Source of the DNA: an uncultured Alphaproteobacteria bacterium
Lineage (GTDB): Bacteria; Pseudomonadota; Alphaproteobacteria; Rs-D84
NCBI GenBank assembly: GCA_949156565.1
Contig: CASCZI010000004.1
Coordinates: forward strand, 65,110 to 129,109
DNA: 64,000 bases
Direction: 5' to 3'
Below, in pieces: positions 1-10,038 of this stretch. Every line of letters begins with the position of its first letter. Position 1 is the first letter of the stretch. The notes under the pieces are model-generated. The model worked only from the letters and a program-made list of their open reading frames with translations. It was not told where the DNA came from and did not search any database. The translations under genes and the position numbers were made by a program.

Positions 1-869
1 AAAAGGCGGACACCACAACGTCACAGTATTCGGGTGCCATCAGTGCCTATGCCGCCAAAGAAATGTGCATGGACCAGGTGGCGGCGTGCGCGGCGTTGTA
101 CCGGAATCCGAATAATCCCAATGAAAAAGAATGCGAGTTTGATGGAAACGGCAACTTGCTTAATGGGAATGAATGCGGATTGGCGGCATTACGAACATTT
201 GTTAATGTTGTTGATAATGTCAAGGTGGCCGAAGGATGCAAAACAGCCCTTAGTAATTATTTAGCGGAAACGTGCGCCCCGCCATCCAACAGCACATATA
301 AATATCCATGGGGTTGTCGGTCTTTGACCGCGTACCAGGTTGCAGATATGTTGTGGGCACGCGCGGTCGTGTATTGCAAAGATCCGGCCAAGGCATCAGA
401 TTCCATTGTCACAGATACAAACGTTGTCAGTGCGATTGACGAATTGATTAAACGATTTAGTATTGAACTTTATGCGATTCAAGAACAGGCATGTTTCGAT
501 ATGAATGGCATGTGGGTAGAGGTTTCGGATAGCACGGATCAAAAGGAGGTTCAAGATACCGGATTAGAACCAGCGTATTATAGTCTGGTGTCGGCGGGTG
601 AAGAACCACAGGTCACTGTCGCAACGGAAAAAGTGGTGAATGTTGACAATGCCATGACCAAAACCACGTACAATGATCAACCGTATGGTTATTGTATTAA
701 AAATACGGTGCGGAATAATTGCCTGGCCCAGGATGAAGCCACCGGTGGTCACGGATATGCCAAATATGATGCAACACGTAATCAGTGCACTTTTAGCGAA
801 GAATGGTACAACATCCAATGCACCAATATTGGTGGGTATCGTGAAAACTATGTGTGTTATATTAAATAA
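1..869 (+). CDS. Cys-rich hypothetical protein (5'-partial; the frame is open to the window start)
   Basis: The ORF is open from position 3 with no upstream stop. It has many Cys and Asn residues and no recognisable catalytic motif. Confidence 0.45.
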   Translation, partial: KADTTTSQYSGAISAYAAKEMCMDQVAACAALYRNPNNPNEKECEFDGNGNLLNGNECGLAALRTFVNVVDNVKVAEGCKTALSNYLAETCAPPSNSTYKYPWGCRSLTAYQVADMLWARAVVYCKDPAKASDSIVTDTNVVSAIDELIKRFSIELYAIQEQACFDMNGMWVEVSDSTDQKEVQDTGLEPAYYSLVSAGEEPQVTVATEKVVNVDNAMTKTTYNDQPYGYCIKNTVRNNCLAQDEATGGHGYAKYDATRNQCTFSEEWYNIQCTNIGGYRENYVCYIK

Positions 870-884
870 GGGTATGGTCAAAAA

Positions 885-2192
885 ATGATGAAATTTTTAA
901 ATAAATTTTCATTGGCCATTCTGTTGTCCGGTGGTGTTTCCACCGCATTGGCCGGTGGTTTTGACATCAGTGGGCTTTTGCCGGCGTGGGGAAATCCATC
1001 AATGAACAAGTGTCAATCTGCGGCATCGTTTGAAACCTGTGTCGGGGGCGACCGGTTAAGTGATTGTGCCAATTGGCGTAACAAAGATCCCAAACAAAAT
1101 CGTGGCACACATGATGACGAAGGGGCAACATTGATGTTGGTTGCAACCAATGTGGTGGAAAACGGCGGTTATTTCTGTGTGATACAATTACAGGGGCGTA
1201 ATAAAAACGAGGGAAATGCGTGGACGGAATATTTTAATCCCGGATCGGATACGGATTGTTTATGGTTATGCAAAGAAGGTTTTTATGGCCAAGGATGTGC
1301 ATCATCGGGAACGTCGACGCGGTGCGATTCGCGTATTATTAACGCGGATGCATTTTCTAAATATAAACGGGTTACCAACAAATCCGCGCCCAATATTGAA
1401 GAATCGATCCCCATGTTTTTCATGAATGAAAACAGTGGGTGCGGTGTTCATAAAAACCAAGAACATGATATGATCTTGGCGGTGTCCCGTTGGACCCCAT
1501 CCGGACATGGCGTTTTTGCCCAACCCACTGTTTTTCGTGCCGAACGTTCTGGGTGGGGTCATATGGTGTCTACGGCAACGATTTATTTTGCCGGGACGCC
1601 AACCCTGCTCTGTATGGAAGGATATCAACCCAACAGCGGCCGCACCGATTGTGATCCAACGGATGCAACCAAATGTGCATTAAACAATATGTGTACGGGA
1701 TGGTCTGATTTTAATGCGGTTACACATGAAATCAAGGCGGCCCAAACCGGTGATTGCAATGAATATCGATGCAAACAGCCCGGATATGGATTCAAATCAA
1801 CATCTGATAAAACATGTATTGCATGTGGTGATGATGCACGTCATGGTGCCAACGCAGATAATGGCGTATGCATTGCATGTGAGATTGGAAATCTGTTTTC
1901 AAATGGCGGATGTGTTCCGGCATCTGCGACATTGGGAAATTCGATGTTGGCGTTTGGTCCGGGGGGGACAAACGCCCCGCTAAAGGATCAATGTTGGACA
2001 TTGATAGAACCATCGGAATACAAAAAGTGTGTTATTGGTGAATCAGAGAAACCGTCGCGGTTAAATCTGCCGGGACGTGTGACAACCGATCCCAAGGGCC
2101 CGGGAAAAGAATACAATCCAAACGGATCGAATGGAACGTCTAATTCGACATCCGGTTCCAGTGGTAACACCGGGGGTGGATCCACCGGGTAA
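885..2192 (+). CDS. secreted Cys-rich hypothetical protein with an N-terminal signal peptide and a Gly/Ser/Thr/Asn-rich C-terminal tail
   Basis: The N-terminus MMKFLNKFSLAILLSGGVSTALA is signal-peptide-like. The protein has more than 30 Cys and ends GSNGTSNSTSGSSGNTGGGSTG. A hairpin terminator follows at 2323-2346. Confidence 0.55.
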   Translation: MMKFLNKFSLAILLSGGVSTALAGGFDISGLLPAWGNPSMNKCQSAASFETCVGGDRLSDCANWRNKDPKQNRGTHDDEGATLMLVATNVVENGGYFCVIQLQGRNKNEGNAWTEYFNPGSDTDCLWLCKEGFYGQGCASSGTSTRCDSRIINADAFSKYKRVTNKSAPNIEESIPMFFMNENSGCGVHKNQEHDMILAVSRWTPSGHGVFAQPTVFRAERSGWGHMVSTATIYFAGTPTLLCMEGYQPNSGRTDCDPTDATKCALNNMCTGWSDFNAVTHEIKAAQTGDCNEYRCKQPGYGFKSTSDKTCIACGDDARHGANADNGVCIACEIGNLFSNGGCVPASATLGNSMLAFGPGGTNAPLKDQCWTLIEPSEYKKCVIGESEKPSRLNLPGRVTTDPKGPGKEYNPNGSNGTSNSTSGSSGNTGGGSTG

Positions 2193-2342
2193 AACACAAC
2201 ATTGGGTGGCGGCAGCGGTAATCGTTACGTGCCCGGTGATATCTATGATAATCGCGAAGATAGCAATTATCGATATCAAACATCTGTGGATAATTCATAT
2301 TTATTGTATTAATAAAATAAAAATCGCCCAAATGGGCGATTT

Positions 2343-2768
2343 TTATTGATCCAAACCGTTCAAAGATTTTAACATATTCAATACAATTTTTCGTTGACCA
2401 TCATTGGGCAATTTCCAATAAAGATTAATCAACAGCAATGATTCATTTTTAGACAATGGATCGCATGCCTGTTGTTCGGAAACGCGCAGTGACCGATTGG
2501 CCCGCGTTTCTTCGGGGATGTTACCGGGCAAACCCGAATAAAAGAAGGAAATCGGGGTTTGTAACGCCAGGCTAAGTTCAAATAAACGGGATGCCGAAAT
2601 ACGATTGCCCGCAGATTCATATTTTTGAATTTGTTGAAATGTAACACCACAGATTTTCGCCAAATCTTTTTGCGATAATCCCATCATGGTACGACGCAAT
2701 TGCATCCGTTGACCAATATGGGCGTCCACCGCCGTTATAGTTGAACTTTTCCCAGCCATTTTTTCCAC
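2343..2768 (-). CDS. XRE-family helix-turn-helix transcriptional regulator
   Basis: The segment LRRTMMGLSQKDLAKICGVTFQQIQKYESAGNRISASRLFELSLAL is a classic Cro/C1-type HTH. Confidence 0.7.
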   Translation of the reverse strand: MEKMAGKSSTITAVDAHIGQRMQLRRTMMGLSQKDLAKICGVTFQQIQKYESAGNRISASRLFELSLALQTPISFFYSGLPGNIPEETRANRSLRVSEQQACDPLSKNESLLLINLYWKLPNDGQRKIVLNMLKSLNGLDQ

Positions 2769-2892
2769 CTTTACTTAAATCGAGACAAGTATTATGAAAC
2801 GCTTCCTATACTTTCATTTATACATTTTTTCTTTTTCTTTTGCAATCAAAAAACAGTTATGTTAGATTGCAAAATCATAAAATATGGGGGTA

Positions 2893-4371
2893 ATGATGAA
2901 AAAACCGTTGGTTTTATGTATTCTGGATGGTGTCGGGATCAGTAATGAAACCCGTCATAATGCCGTGGCAATGGCAAAAATGCCGTTTTTAGATGATTTG
3001 ATGGAAAAATATCCGCATTCGAAATTAGATGCCAGTGGCCCTGCCGTTGGGTTGCCGCCGGATACCATGGGTAATTCTGAAGTGGGCCACATCACAATCG
3101 GTGCTGGACGTATTGTTAATCAATTTTTGCGGCGGTTTGAATTGGAAAATTGGGATACCAATCCGGCGTTGGGGGATTTTGTCGCATCGGTAAAGGCCCA
3201 AGATGGGATTGTCCATTTGGCCGGGTTAATGTCGGATGGGCGCGTGCATGCCAATCTGGATGATATGTTGATGATTGCCCGGCGCGTTTTGGATGCGGGG
3301 TTGCGGGTGTGTATTCACTTTATCGCCGATGGCCGTGATACATTGCCACAATCGGCGCCGGAATATGTGGCCCGGATTAAAGACACGTTGGCCTCGTATT
3401 TGGCCGATGGCCGGGCGTTTTTTGGCACATTATCCGGGCGGTATTATGCCATGGATCGTAATCAGAATATGGACCGCACAGAATTGGCGGTCGCGGCAAT
3501 TGCCGATGCCGCGTCCCCATTTCATGCGCCGACGATTGACGACGCATTACGTGATGCCTATGCCCGCGGGGAAACAGATGAATTTATCAAGCCCATTGTG
3601 ATTGACGGTGCCGTGCCCATGACACCACGTGATGGTTTTCTGTTTGGAAATTACCGCAGTGATCGCGCCCGTCAAATCGTGCGGGCCATCGCGGGTCGTG
3701 GGGGACACATGCTCTGTTTTTCCCAATATGGCGAAGGTTTAAATGAAATCTGTCCTGCGCTGTTGCCGGATGTGACGGTTAAAAATACATTGGGGGATGT
3801 TTTGGCGGCATCCGGGTTATCCCAATTGCGTATTGCCGAAACAGAAAAATATAATCATGTGACATACTTTTTTGATGCCGAACGTAATATTGATTTTAAT
3901 GGCGGTGCCAAAACATTAATTCCATCACCGGCGGTGGCAACATTCGATTTAAAACCCGAAATGTCGGCCGTTGAAATTACAGATGCATTGATCCCGCAAT
4001 TGGATAAATTCGATGTTGTGATTTTAAACTATGCCAATGGCGATATGGTGGGACACACGGGTAATGAATCCGCCGCCATTCAAGCCATGGAAACGTTGGA
4101 TGCCCAACTTGCCCGTCTGGTGCCGGCGGTGCTGGAATTGGGGGGGACAATGCTGATCACGGCCGATCATGGCAATGCCGAAAAGTTATGGGATACGGAA
4201 AACAATTTGCCGTGGACGGCCCATACAACCAACCCGGTGAACTTGATCGTTGTGTCGAATGAACCACATGTGGTGCATGATGGTGGATTGGCGGATATTG
4301 CCCCCACGATGTTAAAAATATTGGGAATTCCTCAGCCTGCCGATATGACGGGCCATAATTTGGTTGATTAG
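2893..4371 (+). CDS. gpmI: 2,3-bisphosphoglycerate-independent phosphoglycerate mutase
   Basis: Full-length iPGM-like sequence (about 490 aa) with the LDGVGIS and NSEVGH motifs. The ATG at 2893 lies after a gggggt SD-like run. Confidence 0.88.
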   Translation: MMKKPLVLCILDGVGISNETRHNAVAMAKMPFLDDLMEKYPHSKLDASGPAVGLPPDTMGNSEVGHITIGAGRIVNQFLRRFELENWDTNPALGDFVASVKAQDGIVHLAGLMSDGRVHANLDDMLMIARRVLDAGLRVCIHFIADGRDTLPQSAPEYVARIKDTLASYLADGRAFFGTLSGRYYAMDRNQNMDRTELAVAAIADAASPFHAPTIDDALRDAYARGETDEFIKPIVIDGAVPMTPRDGFLFGNYRSDRARQIVRAIAGRGGHMLCFSQYGEGLNEICPALLPDVTVKNTLGDVLAASGLSQLRIAETEKYNHVTYFFDAERNIDFNGGAKTLIPSPAVATFDLKPEMSAVEITDALIPQLDKFDVVILNYANGDMVGHTGNESAAIQAMETLDAQLARLVPAVLELGGTMLITADHGNAEKLWDTENNLPWTAHTTNPVNLIVVSNEPHVVHDGGLADIAPTMLKILGIPQPADMTGHNLVD

Positions 4372-4377
4372 AAAAAA

Positions 4378-4406
4378 GATCCGTTCCCCCCGAACGGATT
4401 TTTTAT
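4378..4406 (+). terminator. bidirectional intrinsic terminator between gpmI and tadA
   Basis: The hairpin gatccgttccccccgaacggat is followed by a TTTTTT run. Confidence 0.6.
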
Positions 4407-4426
4407 ATATTGTATATCCATATAGC

Positions 4427-4873
4427 CTATTTACGGCGCCGCATGGCAAAAAAATCACGTAACATTTGTGCAGATGCGTCGGCAAATTCCGGTATTTCGT
4501 GAACGTCGGGATGCCACAAATGTCTGTCCGTTTCGTAAATACGCGCGTTAGATATAATCCCCCCGCCCTTTGGATCCTGGGCCGCAAAATAGACCGCCCG
4601 CAATCGCGCCAACGAAATCGCCGTCGCGCACATGGCACATGGTTCCAATGTTACATATATATCGCAATCGTCCAGAAATTTTGCGCCTATTTTTTTGCAT
4701 GCCTGATTAATCGCAACAATTTCTGCGTGCAATGTTGGGTTGCGTTTTATTTGTACCCGGTTTTCGCCGCGTGCAATGATTTTTCCATCGCGAACAATGA
4801 CGGCACCAATGGGAACATCGTCATGGGTGACAGCGCGTTGGGCCAAAATTAATGCTTGTTTCATAAAATCCAT
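4427..4873 (-). CDS. tadA: tRNA-specific adenosine deaminase
   Basis: Carries the HAE...PCAMC deaminase zinc-binding motifs (HAEIVAINQA, TLEPCAMCATAI). Confidence 0.85.
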   Translation of the reverse strand: MDFMKQALILAQRAVTHDDVPIGAVIVRDGKIIARGENRVQIKRNPTLHAEIVAINQACKKIGAKFLDDCDIYVTLEPCAMCATAISLARLRAVYFAAQDPKGGGIISNARIYETDRHLWHPDVHEIPEFADASAQMLRDFFAMRRRK

Positions 4874-4890
4874 ACGTTAAAGTATACGGT

Positions 4891-5442
4891 ATGGATTCAA
4901 AATTGCAAATTATTTCCGGGATATGGCGGGGGAAAAAACTGTTTCTGCCCCATGGTGCCCGACCAACCCAGAATATGGCGCGCGCCGCGTTGTTCAATAT
5001 GATGACCGCCGGGTTATGGCCCGATGGGGATTTAATGGTGTGGGATGCATTTGCCGGTTCGGGGGCGTTTGGTATCGAATGCTTGTCCCGATATCCCGAA
5101 TGTCATGTGGTGTTTACCGATGTGGCGCCCCACACAGTGCGGCGTAATTTGGCCAACCTTTGCATCGATGCACGGGCGCGGCTTATTGGGGCAGACGCCA
5201 TGACCCGTATTGCCGAAATTGTTCCCACGGCCAACGTTATTTTTGTCGATCCACCCTATGCCGATCCTGATACAGGGGCGGCCTTTGTCCGGCGTGTGGG
5301 CCGCGTCGCGAATGCCGGCACGATTTTAATCTGGGAACAAGAAGCGTCGTCGCCCCGCATCCCCGATGGAGATACATGGGATACATTGCGTGATAAAACG
5401 TACGGTCGGGCCCGTTTTTTAATCTTGCGTCGACGCGCGTAA
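4891..5442 (+). CDS. rsmD: 16S rRNA (guanine966-N2)-methyltransferase RsmD
   Basis: Contains DAFAGSGAFGIE (SAM-binding) and FVDPPY motifs. Confidence 0.8.
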   Translation: MDSKLQIISGIWRGKKLFLPHGARPTQNMARAALFNMMTAGLWPDGDLMVWDAFAGSGAFGIECLSRYPECHVVFTDVAPHTVRRNLANLCIDARARLIGADAMTRIAEIVPTANVIFVDPPYADPDTGAAFVRRVGRVANAGTILIWEQEASSPRIPDGDTWDTLRDKTYGRARFLILRRRA

Positions 5443-5532
5443 TAAAATCCTTGATTTTTCAATCATTTTGGTTCATAATTCACCCCGCCCGGCACCCTTG
5501 GAGGTCGGGGGAAAAACACAAAGGATTATAAA

Positions 5533-6171
5533 ATGGCAATTAAATTAAATGCAGAAATTCGCGAAGTTGCCGGCAAGGGGGCCGCGCGCAGCATTCGTAA
5601 TAACAAGAACATTCCCGCCGTCATTTATGGCGAGAAAAAGGCACCCACAGCCATCGTTTTGAATGGGCATGAATTTGAAATGCTGATCAAGACACCGGCA
5701 TTGCGGACAAAATTATTCCAAATTGAAACCAACGCCGGCACCGAAGATGCCATGTTGATGGATATTCAATATCACCCGGTCACAGATGTTCCGGTTCATG
5801 TTGATTTTAAACGTATTGATGTGAAAAAGCCGGTTAACGTTGTTGTTCCGGTCGAAGTGATTAATACCGATGTATCCAAGGGTTTAAAATTGGGCGGTGT
5901 GTTGAATTTTGCCGTGCGAAAGGTTGCGTTACGCGGGTTGGTTGATGCCATGCCAGAAAAGATTACAATTGATTTGACCGATATGACCATTGGCGATGCG
6001 GTACACGGATCGGATTTGGTCTTGCCGGCGGGTATTGAATTGGGTCTGCACCAGGCAGAATTGGCATTTGCAACCATCGGTGGTAAGATGCCCGAAGAAG
6101 CGGATGCAACAAAAGCGGCCCCGGCCGCAGCACAGGCGGCAGCACCGGCGGCAGATGCAGCCAAGAAATAA
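5533..6171 (+). CDS. rplY: 50S ribosomal protein L25 / general stress protein Ctc
   Basis: N-terminal L25 fold sequence (IREVAGKGAARSIRNNKNIPAVIYG) and an Ala-rich C-terminal tail. A terminator follows at 6199-6226. Confidence 0.85.
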   Translation: MAIKLNAEIREVAGKGAARSIRNNKNIPAVIYGEKKAPTAIVLNGHEFEMLIKTPALRTKLFQIETNAGTEDAMLMDIQYHPVTDVPVHVDFKRIDVKKPVNVVVPVEVINTDVSKGLKLGGVLNFAVRKVALRGLVDAMPEKITIDLTDMTIGDAVHGSDLVLPAGIELGLHQAELAFATIGGKMPEEADATKAAPAAAQAAAPAADAAKK

Positions 6172-6198
6172 TTGGCATAAACAACAGTCATGTTTTGA

Positions 6199-6226
6199 AC
6201 CGCCCCATCATGGGCGGTTTTTTTTA
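6199..6226 (+). terminator. intrinsic terminator after rplY
   Basis: The hairpin accgccccatcatgggcggt is followed by a T8 run. Confidence 0.65.
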
Positions 6227-6328
6227 GGGTCCAAATAATATCAATATATCCCATGGGTGGTATGACAGATGTCCTGCCGCACAATAAATACAGATTGATA
6301 TAACATTTATAATTTTTTTTCCTGTGGT

Positions 6329-6358
6329 CTTGAAAGCGTTTTTTCGTTACCTATATGA
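6329..6358 (+). promoter_or_regulatory. putative sigma-32 (RpoH) heat-shock promoter of dnaK
   Basis: CTTGAAA, a 15-nt spacer, then CCTATATGA, ending about 35 nt upstream of the dnaK ATG. This matches the CTTGAA-N13-15-CCCCATnT consensus loosely. Confidence 0.4.
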
Positions 6359-6392
6359 TGGCTAAGCAACATGTTTTAAACAGGAGTGAAAA

Positions 6393-8303
6393 ATGGGAAA
6401 AGTATTGGGTATTGATTTGGGAACGACGAATTCCGCCATGGCATTTATGGATGGATCTGATCCCAAAATTATTGAAAATGCCGAAGGTCAACGGACAACC
6501 CCATCGGTTGTTGCCTTTACGCCGTCGGGTGAACAATTGGTTGGGATCACCGCCAAAAACCAGGCCGTTACAAATCCGGAAAACACAATTTATGAAATTA
6601 AACGTTTGATGGGATTGCGCTATGACAGTCCGGCGATCAAAGAAATTGCCGCCCGCGTGCCCTATAAAATTGTGGCCGGCGACAATGGTGACGCATGGGT
6701 TGAAATCGAAGGCAAGAAATATGCCCCATCCCAGATTTCGGCCATGATTTTATCGAAACTGAAAAAAGATGCGGAAAATTATCTTGGCGAACCGGTCACA
6801 GATGCGGTGATTACAGTGCCGGCATACTTTAATGATTCCCAACGCCAGGCAACCAAAGACGCCGGCCGGATTGCGGGATTAAACGTGTTGCGTATTGTCA
6901 ACGAACCGACGGCGGCCGCATTGGCATATGGTCTGGAAAAAGATAAAAATGGTATTATCGCCGTGTATGATTTGGGGGGTGGGACATTTGACGTATCCAT
7001 TCTGGAAATCGTTGATGGTGTGTTCGAAGTAAAATCGACCAATGGCGATACGGCATTGGGGGGATCGGATTTTGATGCACGTATTTTGAAATACTTGATT
7101 GATGAATTCAAGGCCCAATCAGGGATCGATCTGTCGAATGATAAATTGGCCCTGCAACGGTTAAAAGAAGCGGCAGAAAAAGCCAAAATTGAATTGTCAT
7201 CAAAAATGTCGGCGGACATCAACTTGCCGTTCTTGACGGCAGATGCGACGGGTCCGAAACACTTTAACGTGACGTTAACCCGTGCAAAGCTGGAAGACCT
7301 GGTGGATGATCTGATTAAAAAGACAATTGAACCGTGCAAAAAAGCATTGGCCGACGCCAGTATTGATAAATCGCAGATTAACGAAGTTATTTTGGTCGGT
7401 GGTCAAACCCGTATGCCCAAAGTTGCCGAAACCGTCAAAGAATTTTTCGGCCGTGATCCGCACAAGGGTGTGAACCCGGACGAAGTTGTGGCCGATGGTG
7501 CCGCGATTCAAGGTGGTGTATTAAAGGGCGATGTTAAGGATGTTTTATTGTTGGATGTGACGCCGTTATCATTGGGAATTGAAACATTGGGTGGGGTGTT
7601 TACACGTCTGATTGATCGTAATACGACCATCCCGACGAAAAAGTCCCAAGTTTTCTCGACCGCCGAAGATAACCAATCGGCTGTGACCATTCGCGTGTTC
7701 CAGGGTGAACGTGACATGGCGGCCGATAACAAATTGTTGGGTCAATTTAACCTAGAAGGTATTGCCCCTGCGCCGCGCGGCATGCCCCAGATCGAAGTAT
7801 CATTTGATATCGATGCAAACGGTATTGTTCACGTGTCGGCCAAGGATAAAGGCACCGGCAAAGAACAAACTATTTCAATTAAATCCGACGGCGGTTTAAG
7901 TGAAGAAGACATTAAAAAGATGGTGGACGAAGCGGCCGCCAACGCCGAAGCAGATAAGAAAAAGCGTGCCTTGGCCGAAGCCAAGAATAACGCCGAAGCG
8001 GCGGTTTTCGGGATCGAAAAGTCATTAAAAGAACATGGCGACAAGATCAGCGAAGACGAGAAAAAGGCCATCGAAGATGCCAAGAAAGAATTGGCGGATG
8101 AATTGGCCAAGGCGGATGCAACAGCGGAAAGTCTGAAAACAAAGACAGACGCATTGACCGAAAAGGCCATGAAGTTGGGCGAAGCGGTATACAAAGCCGC
8201 CCAGGCCGAACAAGCCGCAGGCGCGGCAAGTGCCGACACCAGTGCGGGTGATGAAAAACCCGGCGACGGAACGGTTGACGCCGACTTTTCAGAAAAGAAG
8301 TAA
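6393..8303 (+). CDS. dnaK: molecular chaperone DnaK (Hsp70)
   Basis: Has the IDLGTTNS and DLGGGTFD signatures, a complete substrate-binding domain and a C-terminus [13 protein letters not shown]. No dnaJ follows. Confidence 0.9.
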   Translation: MGKVLGIDLGTTNSAMAFMDGSDPKIIENAEGQRTTPSVVAFTPSGEQLVGITAKNQAVTNPENTIYEIKRLMGLRYDSPAIKEIAARVPYKIVAGDNGDAWVEIEGKKYAPSQISAMILSKLKKDAENYLGEPVTDAVITVPAYFNDSQRQATKDAGRIAGLNVLRIVNEPTAAALAYGLEKDKNGIIAVYDLGGGTFDVSILEIVDGVFEVKSTNGDTALGGSDFDARILKYLIDEFKAQSGIDLSNDKLALQRLKEAAEKAKIELSSKMSADINLPFLTADATGPKHFNVTLTRAKLEDLVDDLIKKTIEPCKKALADASIDKSQINEVILVGGQTRMPKVAETVKEFFGRDPHKGVNPDEVVADGAAIQGGVLKGDVKDVLLLDVTPLSLGIETLGGVFTRLIDRNTTIPTKKSQVFSTAEDNQSAVTIRVFQGERDMAADNKLLGQFNLEGIAPAPRGMPQIEVSFDIDANGIVHVSAKDKGTGKEQTISIKSDGGLSEEDIKKMVDEAAANAEADKKKRALAEAKNNAEAAVFGIEKSLKEHGDKISEDEKKAIEDAKKELADELAKADATAESLKTKTDALTEKAMKLGEAVYKAAQAEQAAGAASADTSAGDEKPGDGTVDADFSEKK

Positions 8304-8306
8304 AAA

Positions 8307-8335
8307 ATCCCGCCCAGTTGGGCGGGATTTTTTTA
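8307..8335 (+). terminator. intrinsic terminator after dnaK
   Basis: The hairpin atcccgcccagttgggcgggat is followed by a T7 run. Confidence 0.75.
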
Positions 8336-8500
8336 GTGTTCTGCGTTCAGAGTGCAGCGTTCAGATATCCCCCCCGGTGCTTTGCACAGGGGGAATGCAG
8401 CACGCTGCAAAGTTTCCCTCTGCGGAGAGGTGGCCACATAGCGGACGGGGTGGTCTTTCTTTTAGCTCTCACACCGGCATGAACTCTGCACTCTGAAAAC
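8336..8500. repeat. MITE/REP-like element with terminal inverted repeats (ttcagagtgcagNgttca)
   Basis: 8345-8367 gttcagagtgcagcgttcagata is the reverse complement of 8478-8500. Internal GC hairpins and the ggtggtcttt block are shared with repeats at 55.9 kb, 58.7 kb and 39.45 kb. Confidence 0.5.
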
Positions 8501-8625
8501 TGAAAAAAATCACGCCAGATGGCAGGATTTTTTATCTTTTACGCACAAAATATCGATCCATACAGGCACGAAAGGCCGCCAATGGATGTTGATGCCGGTT
8601 CCCTGCCCCAAGAATTATAGGCGTT

Positions 8626-8826
8626 TTGAGAGATATTGACAATACCCGGTTGACGACGGAAAATGAATCGTTACATAAAAAATTAAACGACATTTATGGC
8701 AAAATCGAACAGGCCAATTTGACCCAGTCTAAGGCCCACATCGGCATGGGCAGTCGTGGTGTTAAAAATCTAAAACAATGTATTGCCGAATTATACATGA
8801 TGTCGTTTAAACAACAGGTCAAATAA
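8626..8826 (+). CDS. small hypothetical protein (TTG start; uncertain)
   Basis: A 66-aa ORF followed by a bidirectional terminator at 8830-8851. It has no homology signal. Confidence 0.25.
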   Translation: MRDIDNTRLTTENESLHKKLNDIYGKIEQANLTQSKAHIGMGSRGVKNLKQCIAELYMMSFKQQVK

Positions 8827-8829
8827 AAA

Positions 8830-8851
8830 ACGCCCGTTGGGGCGTTTTTTA
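8830..8851. terminator. bidirectional terminator (small ORF / pfk)
   Basis: The hairpin acgcccgttggggcgt has A and T runs on both sides. Confidence 0.6.
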
Positions 8852-9928
8852 TTCTTCGGTACCCATATAGATACCCATGTTGTATGCCACCGCCAACAAC
8901 GGATCGTCGGGTGAAACATAGGCGTTTGATGTGTGCATATTGGGGATTTTGGGATCGGACGTGATTTCCCCGGCCGCAAAAAATTCAGCCAATCCAATTG
9001 TGTCACATTCCCCATCATGTACCCGTGTCATGACAAAGGTTTCATTATTTTCAATGGCGTTTAATGCCGCATCGGCCATTTTTACCGCCAAAATTCGATC
9101 AGATGCCACAGTGTCCCCGGCCCGTTGAATGTGTTCTGGGAATGCGGTCCGATTAACAACACCCGCGGCGGTTAATTTGCGGGATATAATGTCGGCGGGC
9201 CGACCGGAATGTCCACGAATGCGGATGCCTTCGGATACCAAGATAATGCCATAATCGCGGGGTTGTTCTTGGATATGATAAACCAATTCATCGATATCAA
9301 ATTTGATTTCGGGAATCAATATCACATCGGCCCCAAACGCCACCCCGGCCTTTAACGCCAGATTTCCGCAATCACGCCCCATTGTCTGGACCACGAAAAA
9401 GCGATGATGGCTGCGCGCGGTTAAGATTAATTGGTCACAGAAATTGACCACTTGCTGTACGGCGGTGTCAAATCCGATGGTACTGTCGGTTAATGGGACA
9501 TCCATATCTATCGTTTTGGGGATACACACCAACGATAAATCAGAATAAATCTCACGATTTTCCCATGCCAAAGATAAACTGCCGTTGCCACCAACCAGGA
9601 TCAGTGCATCGAGCTTTAATTCCTGCAAAGATTTCCGCACACGACGGTTAAATTCATTCAGGCGCCCCGTCGCGGCGGCGGTTTCATAATTTAATGCCCC
9701 CGCATGCCCGTTGTGCAGCCAGCTCCCCGCGAGGCGGGCCGTTTCAATCGGCAACGTATCATACGTAAATTCAACAAAACGGGCCGGTGACGCACACAGA
9801 CCATCCGTTCCGTCCAGAATTCCAATTACCGTCCAACCACGACGCATGGCGCCGGTGACAACACGCTGAATCACTGTGTTTAAACCACTGCAATCCCCGC
9901 CGGTTGTCATTATTCCAATTCGTTTCAT
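8849..9928 (-). CDS. pfk: 6-phosphofructokinase (PfkA family; ATP- or PPi-dependent not resolved)
   Basis: The N-terminus MKRIGIMTTGGDCSGLN matches the PFK GGDxxG motif. A GGNGS motif and a PFK substrate-binding region are present. Confidence 0.85.
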   Translation of the reverse strand: MKRIGIMTTGGDCSGLNTVIQRVVTGAMRRGWTVIGILDGTDGLCASPARFVEFTYDTLPIETARLAGSWLHNGHAGALNYETAAATGRLNEFNRRVRKSLQELKLDALILVGGNGSLSLAWENREIYSDLSLVCIPKTIDMDVPLTDSTIGFDTAVQQVVNFCDQLILTARSHHRFFVVQTMGRDCGNLALKAGVAFGADVILIPEIKFDIDELVYHIQEQPRDYGIILVSEGIRIRGHSGRPADIISRKLTAAGVVNRTAFPEHIQRAGDTVASDRILAVKMADAALNAIENNETFVMTRVHDGECDTIGLAEFFAAGEITSDPKIPNMHTSNAYVSPDDPLLAVAYNMGIYMGTEE

Positions 9929-10038
9929 CATTACCCCCATAAATAATTTGCATTATATCACAAAACAGGTTGACAAAGAAATAAAATTTGCAATAATTTG
10001 TCCAATAATTCAATAAAACCAAGTTGGGGTATAACGAC

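Noticed and set aside
6779-8239. Antisense ORFs of 136-186 aa inside dnaK (also similar long antisense ORFs inside addA, rpoD, accDA and the 30301 gene)
   Set aside because: They lie entirely within strongly supported genes on the opposite strand and have low-complexity translations. They are typical shadow ORFs.
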